Shown here: positions 16,621 to 26,534 of the stretch, piece by piece
Layout of the letters: every line of letters begins with the position of its first letter
Numbering within the stretch: position 1 is the first letter of the stretch
Assembly: GCA_945919295.1 (NCBI GenBank)
Contig: CAMEJC010000001.1
Span: 16,973-80,972, forward strand
DNA length: 64,000 nt
Direction: 5' to 3'
From: an uncultured Mycoplasmatota bacterium
GTDB lineage: Bacteria > Bacillota_I > Bacilli_A > RF39 > UBA660
Position numbers and translations under genes: made by a program
The notes under the pieces: model-generated
The model's input: the letters and a program-made list of their open reading frames with translations, nothing else
Database searches by the model: none
What the model was told of the DNA's origin: nothing

Positions 16621-17196
16621 ATGAATCTTCCTGAAGACATTAAAATTTTCAACTTTAATAAGTTTAAAAAATTTCTTGAAAAACTTTTCGGACAAGAAAC
16701 TACTTGTCAATTATTAAATAATCTTGGTACACAAGATGATATCATTAATGCAAGTTTCGCAATTAAAAATGATAATGGACTCGCATATAATGGTTCTTTA
16801 CTTAATACTATTTTTGAATTAGCTGATTATGCTGATAAATTAAATGAACTTCTACCTGATAATGTTAAAATAGATAAATCAAAAATTTATAAGGTTTGCT
16901 TATTACAACATATCGGTAAAGTAAAAATGTATGAACCTAATGATAATTCATGGGAAGTTGAAAAAAGAGGATTATTATATAAATTTTCAAACTCAAATAA
17001 CACTCTAAAACTCGGAGAAATTTCATCATTAATTGCTCTTAATTCAGGAATTAAATTATCTGAAGATGAATTTGAAAGCATTAGAGTACTAGATAAAATT
17101 AAAGAAAACGACGATTCTATAAAATATTTCTTATCTCCTCTTTCTACTATTATTAAACAAGCTAATGAACTTATATATTTAATACATAAAAAATAA
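16621..17196 (+). CDS. hypothetical protein
   Basis: 191-aa ORF. Confidence 0.45.
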   Translation: MNLPEDIKIFNFNKFKKFLEKLFGQETTCQLLNNLGTQDDIINASFAIKNDNGLAYNGSLLNTIFELADYADKLNELLPDNVKIDKSKIYKVCLLQHIGKVKMYEPNDNSWEVEKRGLLYKFSNSNNTLKLGEISSLIALNSGIKLSEDEFESIRVLDKIKENDDSIKYFLSPLSTIIKQANELIYLIHKK

Positions 17197-17332
17197 TATA
17201 TATATACAAATACGGAAATAATGTCATATAATATTTTCAATAATATGTAATTTTGTCATATAATTATATGTGGCTTATAATTTGAAGTTATATCTTTATA
17301 TAAAAATAACTAATTTTTAAAATAAAAAAAAT

Positions 17333-18433
17333 ATGGATTTAAAAAAATTATCAAAAACTGAACTCGGAAAATTATTAACTATCATTAGTGATGAAATCGT
17401 TAAAGATGAAATTAGACAAGAATTATTAACTAGATCACTCGATGATAAACAAACAAAAAATGAAACTGTAAGTGATGATGACTTTGAAACTCATGAGAAC
17501 TCTGAAACTAAAGCAGATGTGGATACTGAAGTTGATGAGAAGACTGAAACACATGTAGAAAATAAAACAGATACAGAACCTGATGGTGATGTAGATTATG
17601 ATGCTTGTGAAAGCCTGATGTATAATGATTGTGAATTATATAAATATTTTTATAAAACAACAGTTGAGAATAATAGTACATTTGAGTTACCTTTAACATA
17701 TTTACATCTGTATAAATATAATACTAAAACTCATAAATATATTCACATTACTTCTGTATCTTATTCAAATAATGCTGTTAGAAAAACTTTTGAATCTGGA
17801 TATACAGTAAACTTAATAAAAGAAGTGAATGACCTAATTGAAATTACTGAAGAGGAATATAATAACTTATTGTATGAAAAAGATAAAGAAGAATCTAACA
17901 AAAAAGTTATTTATCCTAAAGGTACAACTTTAATCGCTGTTGAAAAATTATTTAGTGGTACTTATATTACAGTTGATATTGTAAAATTATTATCTGATGT
18001 ATATGATATTAATCAACATTGTAATTGCTCTGTATTAACTATTCAATTAGGAACTAAAAGTGATGGCACTATTGAATTTTTAACTCAAGCGGTTTCTAAA
18101 AACAAAAAGATTAAATTAGATGATTCTTATTTGAAAATCGACTCTAAGGCCTTTGACAAATCTTTTGATATTTGCCTTAATTGCTTAATCGATATTCTAA
18201 ATAATGCTAATGTAAAATTTAATGATAAAAAGAATAATATTAAAAAGTATCACGTATTTGACAAATATGATAAAAATATCGATAATCTAAATGATAATAC
18301 AAATAATGTATCTACAACACAAAATATCAATGTAACATATAAAAATAAAAACTTATTTGATGATATGTTTAATAACATTGATGTGTATATTAAATATTAT
18401 AACGAACTTTTCAAAAAACTTTCAAAATTTTAA
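17333..18433 (+). CDS. hypothetical protein (acidic N-terminus)
   Basis: 366-aa ORF. Confidence 0.45.
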   Translation: MDLKKLSKTELGKLLTIISDEIVKDEIRQELLTRSLDDKQTKNETVSDDDFETHENSETKADVDTEVDEKTETHVENKTDTEPDGDVDYDACESLMYNDCELYKYFYKTTVENNSTFELPLTYLHLYKYNTKTHKYIHITSVSYSNNAVRKTFESGYTVNLIKEVNDLIEITEEEYNNLLYEKDKEESNKKVIYPKGTTLIAVEKLFSGTYITVDIVKLLSDVYDINQHCNCSVLTIQLGTKSDGTIEFLTQAVSKNKKIKLDDSYLKIDSKAFDKSFDICLNCLIDILNNANVKFNDKKNNIKKYHVFDKYDKNIDNLNDNTNNVSTTQNINVTYKNKNLFDDMFNNIDVYIKYYNELFKKLSKF

Positions 18434-18504
18434 TACTGTTTCTATATGTATTGATTGGGAAAATTAAAAGAATTAATTTATAAATAAAAATAAAATATTG
18501 TGTT

Positions 18505-19497
18505 ATGAATAATTTAATGAATTGGGCGGAGAGAGAGTGCCGTCTTGCTTGTAAAAAAGAGAATCCAGATTATGATTTCGACAGTAACGTGTTCGACTAC
18601 GGATGCTCGTGTTATAAATCCGCACTTAAAGCATATAATTCCCTAATGGAAGATGGGCATAGTGGTAGCAGTTTCGGGTTTACAAAGAATATACTTATTA
18701 AGTTGATGGATAGGCAACCATTAACTCCTATTACTGATGATGATTTCTTTAGCGTAGAGAGAGGGACTGAAGCATATCCGTTGGAGTCGGACGAGTATCT
18801 TAAAGAGCGTGGTTTGAAGTCTCACTATCAATGTCCGAGAATGTCAAGTCTGTTCAGAGAGGAGACGTTGGATGGAAAGATTAGTTACCATGACATTGAT
18901 AGAGCATATTTTGTAAATATAGAGGATCCGTCTGATACGTATACTAGTTGGGATAGATTTCTCGATGATATGTTTCCTATAACAATGCCATATGTTCCTG
19001 AAAGAGGTAAGTATAAAATATATGCCCAAACGTTTCTTGCCGATAAGAATAATGGTGATTTTGACACAAAGGGAATCTTGTATTTAATAACTCCATCAGG
19101 AGAAAAGGTTGATATAGGAATATATCTAACAGAAAAGGACGGAAAGATGGTTAATATAACAAAAGATGAGTATGAGCAACTTCTTCTTAAACGTGTAGAT
19201 AAACTCAATGCGAAAATTGCTAATGAGTTAATATGGACTCTCATAAGTAATAGTACTTCTGATAAAGAAATAAGCCGACGCGAAAAGTTATATGATGCTC
19301 GTTCAAAAGAATTGAAGGAAAGAGATATTAAAGAACTCAGTAAGTTATGTGAGTTTTTCTGCAATCCTGATAATTACAAATATAACAATTTCGGTATGCA
19401 CCAATCATTGTGTAAGGGAGAAAAGGAGAAATATGAAAACGTTCCTGAACTTGTAGAAATAGCAGAATATTTGGATGGAATATTGAAATCTTTATGA
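18505..19497 (+). CDS. hypothetical protein
   Basis: 330-aa ORF followed by terminator 19589-19628. Confidence 0.45.
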   Translation: MNNLMNWAERECRLACKKENPDYDFDSNVFDYGCSCYKSALKAYNSLMEDGHSGSSFGFTKNILIKLMDRQPLTPITDDDFFSVERGTEAYPLESDEYLKERGLKSHYQCPRMSSLFREETLDGKISYHDIDRAYFVNIEDPSDTYTSWDRFLDDMFPITMPYVPERGKYKIYAQTFLADKNNGDFDTKGILYLITPSGEKVDIGIYLTEKDGKMVNITKDEYEQLLLKRVDKLNAKIANELIWTLISNSTSDKEISRREKLYDARSKELKERDIKELSKLCEFFCNPDNYKYNNFGMHQSLCKGEKEKYENVPELVEIAEYLDGILKSL

Positions 19498-19588
19498 TTA
19501 TGGAAACATGGTTTTGTTGGTGATATCATACATATTGATTGGGGAAAATAATTATTATATTTCCCCTTTTTTTGTATAGAATTATATA

Positions 19589-19628
19589 GGAGTTAGCAAC
19601 GAAATATGTGACTAACTCCTTATTTTTT
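19589..19628 (+). terminator. rho-independent terminator
   Basis: GGAGTTAGCAACGAAATATGTGACTAACTCC hairpin followed by TTATTTTTT. Confidence 0.6.
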
Positions 19629-19644
19629 GAAAAAGTTGATTAAA

Positions 19645-19688
19645 AAATTGTATATTTAAAATAAAAGTACTATCTTTGCAAATAGTTT
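19645..19688 (+). promoter_or_regulatory. class-A promoter (variant)
   Basis: AAAAGTACTATCTTTGCAAATAG. Confidence 0.45.
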
Positions 19689-19824
19689 ACATTTTTATAC
19701 ACAAACAATTACGAATATAAGTAAAAACGTATTTAAAATAATAAGAAAAGAACTAAAGAAGATAATAAAAGAGTCGTTAGAGAAAACACTTCATTCTGCC
19801 TCTAATAGAATACATCTTTTTGAA

Positions 19825-20304
19825 ATGGCAACAATCGGGGTACAAAAGTGTGGAAAAGATACTTACTCCATTCAAATACATGGTGCGTCTACCGCTGATA
19901 AACCCATACCACATATACATATCTATAAGTATAATGATAACACTAAAAAACAGTTTAATTTCGAAATATCATTAATTGATTTAGTTTCTAAAGACCAAAT
20001 CACTTTAATTCGTCAGTTAGATAGAGAAAAGAATATCAATCATAAGAATAGAGATAAATGTTCATGGCAAGGCTATAATGATATATATAATTGTTTGAGA
20101 AGTTATTTATTTGGTGAAGTTCAGTCGAGACTCTATAAAGGAATATGTGTCGATAACCTTGATGCCGCTATCTATGCTTGGAATCAAGAAACTGATATGC
20201 TCAAAACAAATGATGGTGGAAATCCAATGAAAGAATGGATTGATGCAAAGGGTATTCAAATATTACCTGAATATCAAAAATATTTTGAACAAAAAAGAAT
20301 TTAA
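19825..20304 (+). CDS. hypothetical protein (DUF4160-like?)
   Basis: PIPHIHIY resembles the DUF4160 HxPPHFH motif; followed by terminator 20311-20347. Confidence 0.4.
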   Translation: MATIGVQKCGKDTYSIQIHGASTADKPIPHIHIYKYNDNTKKQFNFEISLIDLVSKDQITLIRQLDREKNINHKNRDKCSWQGYNDIYNCLRSYLFGEVQSRLYKGICVDNLDAAIYAWNQETDMLKTNDGGNPMKEWIDAKGIQILPEYQKYFEQKRI

Positions 20305-20310
20305 AAAATG

Positions 20311-20347
20311 AAACCGCCAAATATCTTGACGGTTTTGTTTTATTTTT
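20311..20347 (+). terminator. rho-independent terminator
   Basis: AAACCG...CGGTTT stem followed by TGTTTTATTTTT. Confidence 0.5.
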
Positions 20348-20594
20348 AATCAATTTTATGTATATTTGTATTATTATTATGATATATTTTATTACTTTTT
20401 TAATTCATATATCGTGACTTTTTATTGGAATGAGTAATGAAAAGTTTTTTTTAGAAAACTTATTTATTGTTTTTAACCTGAATCACTCTTATAATAGAGA
20501 CTTTAACTCATTCTTAATATAAGAAATAATTATACGTTTTTATATCATTTTTTAGGCGTATATTAAAATAATCTTTCTTAACTTTTTTTATGTT

Positions 20595-21398
20595 ATGTAC
20601 AAATTAAAAAATATTGCTTATTATGATAACTTAAAAAAAACTTTTAATAAACACTATTCAATCATTACTCGAAAATATATTAATAGAAAAAATATTGGTA
20701 CTACTTCATTTCTATTCTATAAATATAACCCTTCTTCGATTAACGACTTCTTCATTAAATATATTAATGACCCTTCACCTTTTTTTAATAAAAATAATTC
20801 TACTGGACATTTATTCCACGGTAGAAATATTAAACAACTTAATGATATCGCTTTTAATTGTTGGAAAGAGATAAATAATAAAAACATAAGTCAAAATATG
20901 TGTCTTGACATTATTATTAACCACACTATTATTGAAACTTATGTAGGACTAAAAGCCGAACTTTTTATTAGAAATTTAATAATAAAACAAAATAAATTCA
21001 ATGTAAAAAATACTTATGGTTTCCTAGATGCTAATTGCGGTGTTGACCTTATTATTAATAATAAAAATAATGATATGCCTATTTTCTTCTTACAAATTAA
21101 ACCTAATACTTTCTTCGCTAATACTATATATAATACGCAACTATTGGAAGATAAATTAGCTCTATTTGATAAACAAAAAAATCTTAATCAATTCATTAAG
21201 GATAATAATATCATTACTAAATATAATGATACATTATTCCTTATTTATAACGCTTATCAGTTAAAATATAATAATAAACTTCTATGGCTTAACTTTAATG
21301 ATAATTTTAAATTTAATCTAAAACAACTTATTAATGATAAGGCTCAAACTATTATTGACATCAATAACATAAATAATTATAAACAAATTACTCTATAA
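20595..21398 (+). CDS. hypothetical protein (possible PD-(D/E)xK-like)
   Basis: 267-aa Asn-rich ORF; GVDLI...FLQIK pattern. Confidence 0.35.
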   Translation: MYKLKNIAYYDNLKKTFNKHYSIITRKYINRKNIGTTSFLFYKYNPSSINDFFIKYINDPSPFFNKNNSTGHLFHGRNIKQLNDIAFNCWKEINNKNISQNMCLDIIINHTIIETYVGLKAELFIRNLIIKQNKFNVKNTYGFLDANCGVDLIINNKNNDMPIFFLQIKPNTFFANTIYNTQLLEDKLALFDKQKNLNQFIKDNNIITKYNDTLFLIYNAYQLKYNNKLLWLNFNDNFKFNLKQLINDKAQTIIDINNINNYKQITL

Positions 21399-21850
21399 TA
21401 TTATTCATCTAATAGTAGTTTTTCGTTAAAAAATTTATTGACTCTTTATGAACTTTTATGGGTATGGGACTGCCCCTTGCATTAATTTTACCAATTTTTT
21501 TCAAAATTTTAAAAAAATAATTAAAACGCTATAATTACTTACAATTTGTAAGTTTACCCCTTGTGCATAACTTTCAATTTGTAAGTAAAACACCTCAAAA
21601 AGTTTTAATTTGTTAGAATTTTAACATTTAGCATATAATTACAACATAAAAATATTATTAAAGTTACATTTTTCAATTAAAATAGTCATTTTACTTTCAA
21701 TTTATAATTATACCACATGTATATAATTTACGATTTGTAATTAAAAGTGGTATAATTCTTATAAATTGTTATTTTAGTTAAGAAATAAAATCATAATATA
21801 ATGTTAATTTTTTTATTGTTATGACGTATTTATAGTAAAAAGTAATAATT

Positions 21851-24325
21851 ATGGAAAATTATATATATAAGAAAAAACGTAATAGTATCGATAAAATTTA
21901 TTCGAAAAGTGATGCTCAGACCTATAATATAGGTTTGTCATTAGAAGAAAAAATAAAAATGGGTGTAGTATTACCTGATTTTGAATTTAATCAAAAAAAG
22001 AAAATGCGATTTGGTAATATAGTATTAAAATATACCCCAACAACACCAATAAGAGTAGTTAAAAATGATGGTGTTTATTATGATGGTGCCTATTATGGAC
22101 ATAATACAGTTGAAAGATTATTTGAATGTACACATAATATAATTAGAGATATATATGGTTTTACTGATACAGGTGAGTTTGATGTTAATGTTGCTTCAGA
22201 AACAAGTGGTGAAAGTATTAGTGTAGAACCAAGAGTAGGACTTGTTGGTTATGCTTTTGACTTTTCAATAAACTATCAACAAATGGGTAATTATGGATTA
22301 GGTAATTTAGTAATAAAACCCTATAAATATTTTGTTATGTTAAAAAACCCACAAGATTTTCAATATGATTCACTATTTCTTCAATATTATGATGAAACAA
22401 CTAATACTTGGAATGATATTGAAAAGGAAGCACAAAGTTATTATATAAATAGTAGTAATGAAATATGTTTTTATATACCATTAAAAGCAAAGCGTAAATT
22501 ACGAATTGGTATTAGTGGATATTCAACTTATGATGCTGATTTTTTAGCATATATACGAAATGTGCGTAATAAATTAAAAGTATTTCAAAAATTTGAAATT
22601 GTTGGTATACTTAATCCTGATAGTTTTAATAAATATGCAGATAAATTCATTAATGGTAGAGGAGTATTTTTTAGCGAGAATAAAAATTGGTATTATATAA
22701 ATATAGACGATTTAGATAATATTAGAGTTAAAAAAGATAAATGGGTATATGATAATAATACAAGATACCATTATGGGTTAACAACAAAAAGCGGTATTAA
22801 AAATGGAGCTATATATTATAGAACTTGTAATCAAAATAATAATGAAATGCAGAATAGTACAGTATTTCCATTTTTAAATGATGGTAGTTATTATACATAT
22901 TGTAAAAGAAAGAATAATTTTAATTGGAAAAAGTTAAAATTTGATAAAGATTGTTTGATTGAACAATGTTTAACATTAACTTATAATTCTAATAAATATA
23001 CGTTTAACCATTCTTTAACAAAGAAAGCAAAAAATAAAAAAGTTGCATATATTTCATTTATTGGTACAGATATAATAGATGTTTTATATATAGATTTATT
23101 ACCAGATAGCATAGATGATGGTTTTACACCAACAGTTTATGATATGAATAATAATATTGTTACAGGTGTTATTCATATAACTTTTGATATTAAAAAATTA
23201 TTAAATTATTCAAGAGATATTTCTTCTTCAAGCAATAAAGTTAATTACATAGATGTTATTAAACCATATAATGGTAAATATGCTTATTTTAAGTATAATA
23301 TCATTTCAAGTAATACATATGGTTTGTATAATATTACTAAAAATTTTCAAAGATATTTAGATTATAAAGAAGTTCCTGAAAATTTAAATCATTTGAAAGG
23401 TTATAAGCCTCTTCCTGGTTTTAGAAAATTATTACCCCCCCCCCAAAGTAATGTGGTGGCTATCAGGCGTTTACTATTTAGGCAGGATGCGACAGTCAAT
23501 GGAATCAGTTATTCAAGTTTAAGCAGTAGTAAGTTATTACAATTAGATAAATTTGAATGTTTAAAAAACATTAATTCTGAATCTATTGTTTATAATGGTC
23601 AAAAATGTTATGTGTGGAGGAAAATAGAGGATTATGATAGAACTGAAACATATAACAATTATGAAAACGATAATGATGATAGAGAACATATATATACTCC
23701 TAATGGTGATGATAGTATTATTTTAACAAACACATTAGATATTACATTACCTTTTAATATAAATAGTGAAGAATTTGTTACATCTTTAGTTATTACAAAT
23801 TCAAATATTATTGGTGAATCATATGTTAGTGAAACATTAGTAAAACCTTGTATTGCTAAAATAGATGAGTATGCTGATGGTCATGAGATATTATATATGT
23901 TGAATTGCTATTGTCAAATTTTTAATAGACAACATACTGAAAGTTTAATTACAGAATTAGGCGAAGATAATAGAACACCTGTAGATTTTATTAATTATAC
24001 AGGAAATATTGTTGAATATAATGGACAAAAGTGTTTTGCTTGGAATAGATATGACCCAGGTGATTTTTTCTATAATGAAAAAATATTAACAAATACATTG
24101 TTTATAAATATGCCAATTGATGACTCGTCACCTGAACTTGTTGCACAAGTTATCATTGATGATATGTCAGAATCATGGCCAAGAACTTATTTTATTGATG
24201 GAGCTTTCAGACATATATTTGATTATGGCAATCCTGATAGTATTCAATATGATGAAACACAGTTATATAGTGATAAATTATTGAAATTTGTTAAAAATGA
24301 TGTTGGAGTATGGGTATTAGCGTAA
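21851..24325 (+). CDS. large hypothetical protein (candidate virion/host-interaction protein) with internal C10 tract
   Basis: 824-aa ORF with no class-A promoter; contains the C10 homopolymer 23435-23444 (encodes PPPQ). Confidence 0.5.
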   Translation: MENYIYKKKRNSIDKIYSKSDAQTYNIGLSLEEKIKMGVVLPDFEFNQKKKMRFGNIVLKYTPTTPIRVVKNDGVYYDGAYYGHNTVERLFECTHNIIRDIYGFTDTGEFDVNVASETSGESISVEPRVGLVGYAFDFSINYQQMGNYGLGNLVIKPYKYFVMLKNPQDFQYDSLFLQYYDETTNTWNDIEKEAQSYYINSSNEICFYIPLKAKRKLRIGISGYSTYDADFLAYIRNVRNKLKVFQKFEIVGILNPDSFNKYADKFINGRGVFFSENKNWYYINIDDLDNIRVKKDKWVYDNNTRYHYGLTTKSGIKNGAIYYRTCNQNNNEMQNSTVFPFLNDGSYYTYCKRKNNFNWKKLKFDKDCLIEQCLTLTYNSNKYTFNHSLTKKAKNKKVAYISFIGTDIIDVLYIDLLPDSIDDGFTPTVYDMNNNIVTGVIHITFDIKKLLNYSRDISSSSNKVNYIDVIKPYNGKYAYFKYNIISSNTYGLYNITKNFQRYLDYKEVPENLNHLKGYKPLPGFRKLLPPPQSNVVAIRRLLFRQDATVNGISYSSLSSSKLLQLDKFECLKNINSESIVYNGQKCYVWRKIEDYDRTETYNNYENDNDDREHIYTPNGDDSIILTNTLDITLPFNINSEEFVTSLVITNSNIIGESYVSETLVKPCIAKIDEYADGHEILYMLNCYCQIFNRQHTESLITELGEDNRTPVDFINYTGNIVEYNGQKCFAWNRYDPGDFFYNEKILTNTLFINMPIDDSSPELVAQVIIDDMSESWPRTYFIDGAFRHIFDYGNPDSIQYDETQLYSDKLLKFVKNDVGVWVLA
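23435..23444. repeat. C10 homopolymer inside CDS 21851-24325
   Basis: ATTACCCCCCCCCCAAAG. Confidence 0.9.
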
Positions 24326-24759
24326 AGAATGATATTATTAAGATACCTATAGGTAGTCAGGTATTTTTTTCTTGTTATGATGATTATGTTAGTCATGATA
24401 TGGATTATATTATATTTGAAAGTAATCCATCATTATTCAAATTATTTATGATTGCAAGAGGTAAAGGTAATGATTGCTTTCATTATAAAATGATGAGCAA
24501 GGAGGAATTTATTAAAATTGAATTAGAACATTGTAATAGTTTACATATGGTTGCAGGTAAATTCCTAATACCTGAACTATTAAATTATTTTAATATATCA
24601 TTAGAGGAAATTAAACAATTTGAATATTATTTCAAAAATATGGATGATAAACATAAATATGAGGAAATAATATATAACGCATATATAACAAATAATTCAT
24701 TCACATTAACAGATGAACAAAGACTATCTGCATATATGGAATATAAAAAGTATAGATAA
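24310..24759 (+). CDS. hypothetical protein
   Basis: 149-aa ORF overlapping the upstream gene by 16 nt. Confidence 0.4.
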   Translation: MGISVKNDIIKIPIGSQVFFSCYDDYVSHDMDYIIFESNPSLFKLFMIARGKGNDCFHYKMMSKEEFIKIELEHCNSLHMVAGKFLIPELLNYFNISLEEIKQFEYYFKNMDDKHKYEEIIYNAYITNNSFTLTDEQRLSAYMEYKKYR

Positions 24760-24792
24760 AAAAAAAGAGAGCTTAAATATATATCTTTAAGC
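24758..24792 (-). terminator. rho-independent terminator (minus strand; boundary between + and - blocks)
   Basis: GCTTAAA...TTTAAGC hairpin; the A9 run on + is a T9 run on the minus strand. Confidence 0.45.
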
Positions 24793-24888
24793 CAATGCTG
24801 ACTAAAACTTATATCTTTTACGCTCTCTCTTATCATCTCTGACAATAATAAATATAAATTAACTAATAAAAAGTTACAAAAAACAGGA

Positions 24889-24930
24889 AAAAAATTAAAA
24901 AAAAATAGTACCTATAATTTTTAGGTACTC
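24889..24930 (-). terminator. rho-independent terminator (minus strand)
   Basis: AGTACCTATAATTTTTAGGTACT hairpin with a T-run on the minus strand. Confidence 0.5.
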
Positions 24931-24962
24931 AAAAGAGTCTATAATATATAAAATGAGTAGAA

Positions 24963-25238
24963 TTATTGTTTATTTAATTTATCAATAATTTTATTCATTT
25001 TTTTTAATAGATTGTTAATAGAATAGGCGTAAACAAGTTTAGAATTATTGTTATTAGAGTTGATGTAAGTTTTAAGGGCGTTTTCACCAACAGTAGTAAT
25101 GTAATTATCATAATTTATCCATGTGTTATTATTATTTAAATTAAAAAACATTACAGAATAAATTTTTTTATGTTTACCTTTTTTTTGATTGAAATTGTTT
25201 ATGATTTCATCAGTTATAAAATTTTTTAGATTATTCAT
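24963..25238 (-). CDS. hypothetical protein
   Basis: 91-aa ORF. Confidence 0.4.
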   Translation of the reverse strand: MNNLKNFITDEIINNFNQKKGKHKKIYSVMFFNLNNNNTWINYDNYITTVGENALKTYINSNNNNSKLVYAYSINNLLKKMNKIIDKLNKQ

Positions 25239-25250
25239 AGAATTAAGATA

Positions 25251-25493
25251 TTAAAATTGTTCGAGTCCATATTTTTTAATAAACGAAATAGTTCTATTTT
25301 CAGCGATTTCGACAGCGGTTTTATATTTATAAAGGTTATTACCGTTATTATCGATCCAGTTTACTACTCCGATATGTTTATTGAAAGGTTTAGTCATAAT
25401 AATATTGAAGTCAATAGAGTTATTATTATTTCTAATCCATTTCATAATTATTTCTATTTCATTTTCAGCATAAAAGAATTTATAAATATCCAT
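25251..25493 (-). CDS. hypothetical protein
   Basis: 80-aa ORF. Confidence 0.4.
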   Translation of the reverse strand: MDIYKFFYAENEIEIIMKWIRNNNNSIDFNIIMTKPFNKHIGVVNWIDNNGNNLYKYKTAVEIAENRTISFIKKYGLEQF

Positions 25494-25496
25494 AAA

Positions 25497-26081
25497 TTAT
25501 TTAGTTTTAAGAGGTATTTGTATATTAATTCCAGCGCATGCGTTGAATCCCATTTTATTATTAAGTGAGAAGTCGAAGTTAAATCCAACATATTTAGAAA
25601 TAGGTAACATTATAGTAATAAATCCTCCATACATATTACCTGTGAAAATATCATTAGAAAATAATGCATTACTTTTAGTTTCGAGAGTTAATAGATTATA
25701 TTCTTTTTCTGAGACATTAGATTTACCAATCATAGGTCCAATAACGAAGTATTTTGATATCATTATACCTGCTCTAATATTCCATAGAGGTAAAGGTATA
25801 TTATATTTGTTACCGTTTTCTTTTAACACGAATCCTTTAGGAATATAATATCCATCAAAACCTGCTGTAAAACCGAGAATGCCATTACCATGATAATATA
25901 ATGATACGCCATAAGTAAAAGCGTCATAGTTAAATCCATAACCAAATCGAGTTGATAGGCCAACAGCACCATAGTTTTTACTTTTATTACGTTGATAACT
26001 ACTATCGATAGTATAAGTTTCAGCAATAGCTACATTAGTAGCAATTAAAAGAGTTAAAATAGGAATAATAAATTTTTTCAT
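25497..26081 (-). CDS. outer-membrane beta-barrel protein (OmpX/Ail/Lom- or OmpA-like)
   Basis: Signal peptide MKKFIIPILTLLIATNVAIA; alternating hydrophobic beta-strand pattern, aromatic girdles, about 194 aa. Confidence 0.5.
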   Translation of the reverse strand: MKKFIIPILTLLIATNVAIAETYTIDSSYQRNKSKNYGAVGLSTRFGYGFNYDAFTYGVSLYYHGNGILGFTAGFDGYYIPKGFVLKENGNKYNIPLPLWNIRAGIMISKYFVIGPMIGKSNVSEKEYNLLTLETKSNALFSNDIFTGNMYGGFITIMLPISKYVGFNFDFSLNNKMGFNACAGINIQIPLKTK

Positions 26082-26123
26082 AATAGTAAAATTTTAGATA
26101 ATTAACAAAATAATAATATATAC

Positions 26124-26333
26124 TTATTTTTTAGTATTTTTCTTTTGTTTTTTTATTGTTTTAGAACGTTTTTTACGTCTATTAGTAGCGTTCATAGCTC
26201 TATCTATATCGTGAAAATACCCAATAGGTTTATTGAGTTCATTTAACACAATATAAAAAACCTCACCCTGATTAGTTGTAATCTCTTGAAGAGATTTTGT
26301 GTTTTTTCGATAAATAATTCTTACATTGTTCAT
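26124..26333 (-). CDS. hypothetical protein with basic C-tail
   Basis: 69 aa; C-term RRKKRSKTIKKQKKNTKK; class-A promoter 26357-26412. Confidence 0.4.
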   Translation of the reverse strand: MNNVRIIYRKNTKSLQEITTNQGEVFYIVLNELNKPIGYFHDIDRAMNATNRRKKRSKTIKKQKKNTKK

Positions 26334-26356
26334 ATTATTAAATAATTATTTTTTTT

Positions 26357-26412
26357 AGTACTGCAAAATTAGTAAAAAGTTTTGATATGTAATCAAATTT
26401 TGTTTATAAAAA
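26357..26412 (-). promoter_or_regulatory. class-A promoter
   Basis: Reverse complement reads TTTTATAAACAAAATTTGATTACATATCAAAACTTTTTACTAATTTTGCAGTACTA. Confidence 0.5.
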
Positions 26413-26436
26413 AATTTAAGTCAAAATCAATATTGC

Positions 26437-26484
26437 CAAATAAAACAAAAAAGTTGAGATGTTATCTATATTTGTTTATAAAAA
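26437..26484. repeat. 47-bp direct repeat (copy 1) flanking the MTase gene
   Basis: CAAATAAAACAAAAAAGTTGAGATGTTATCTATATTTGTTTATAAAA; second copy at 28200-28246 with 2 mismatches. Confidence 0.7.
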
Positions 26485-26534
26485 AAGTCACCATATATTA
26501 TTATATATGATGACAATTTATTAAAGAGTAGTTA

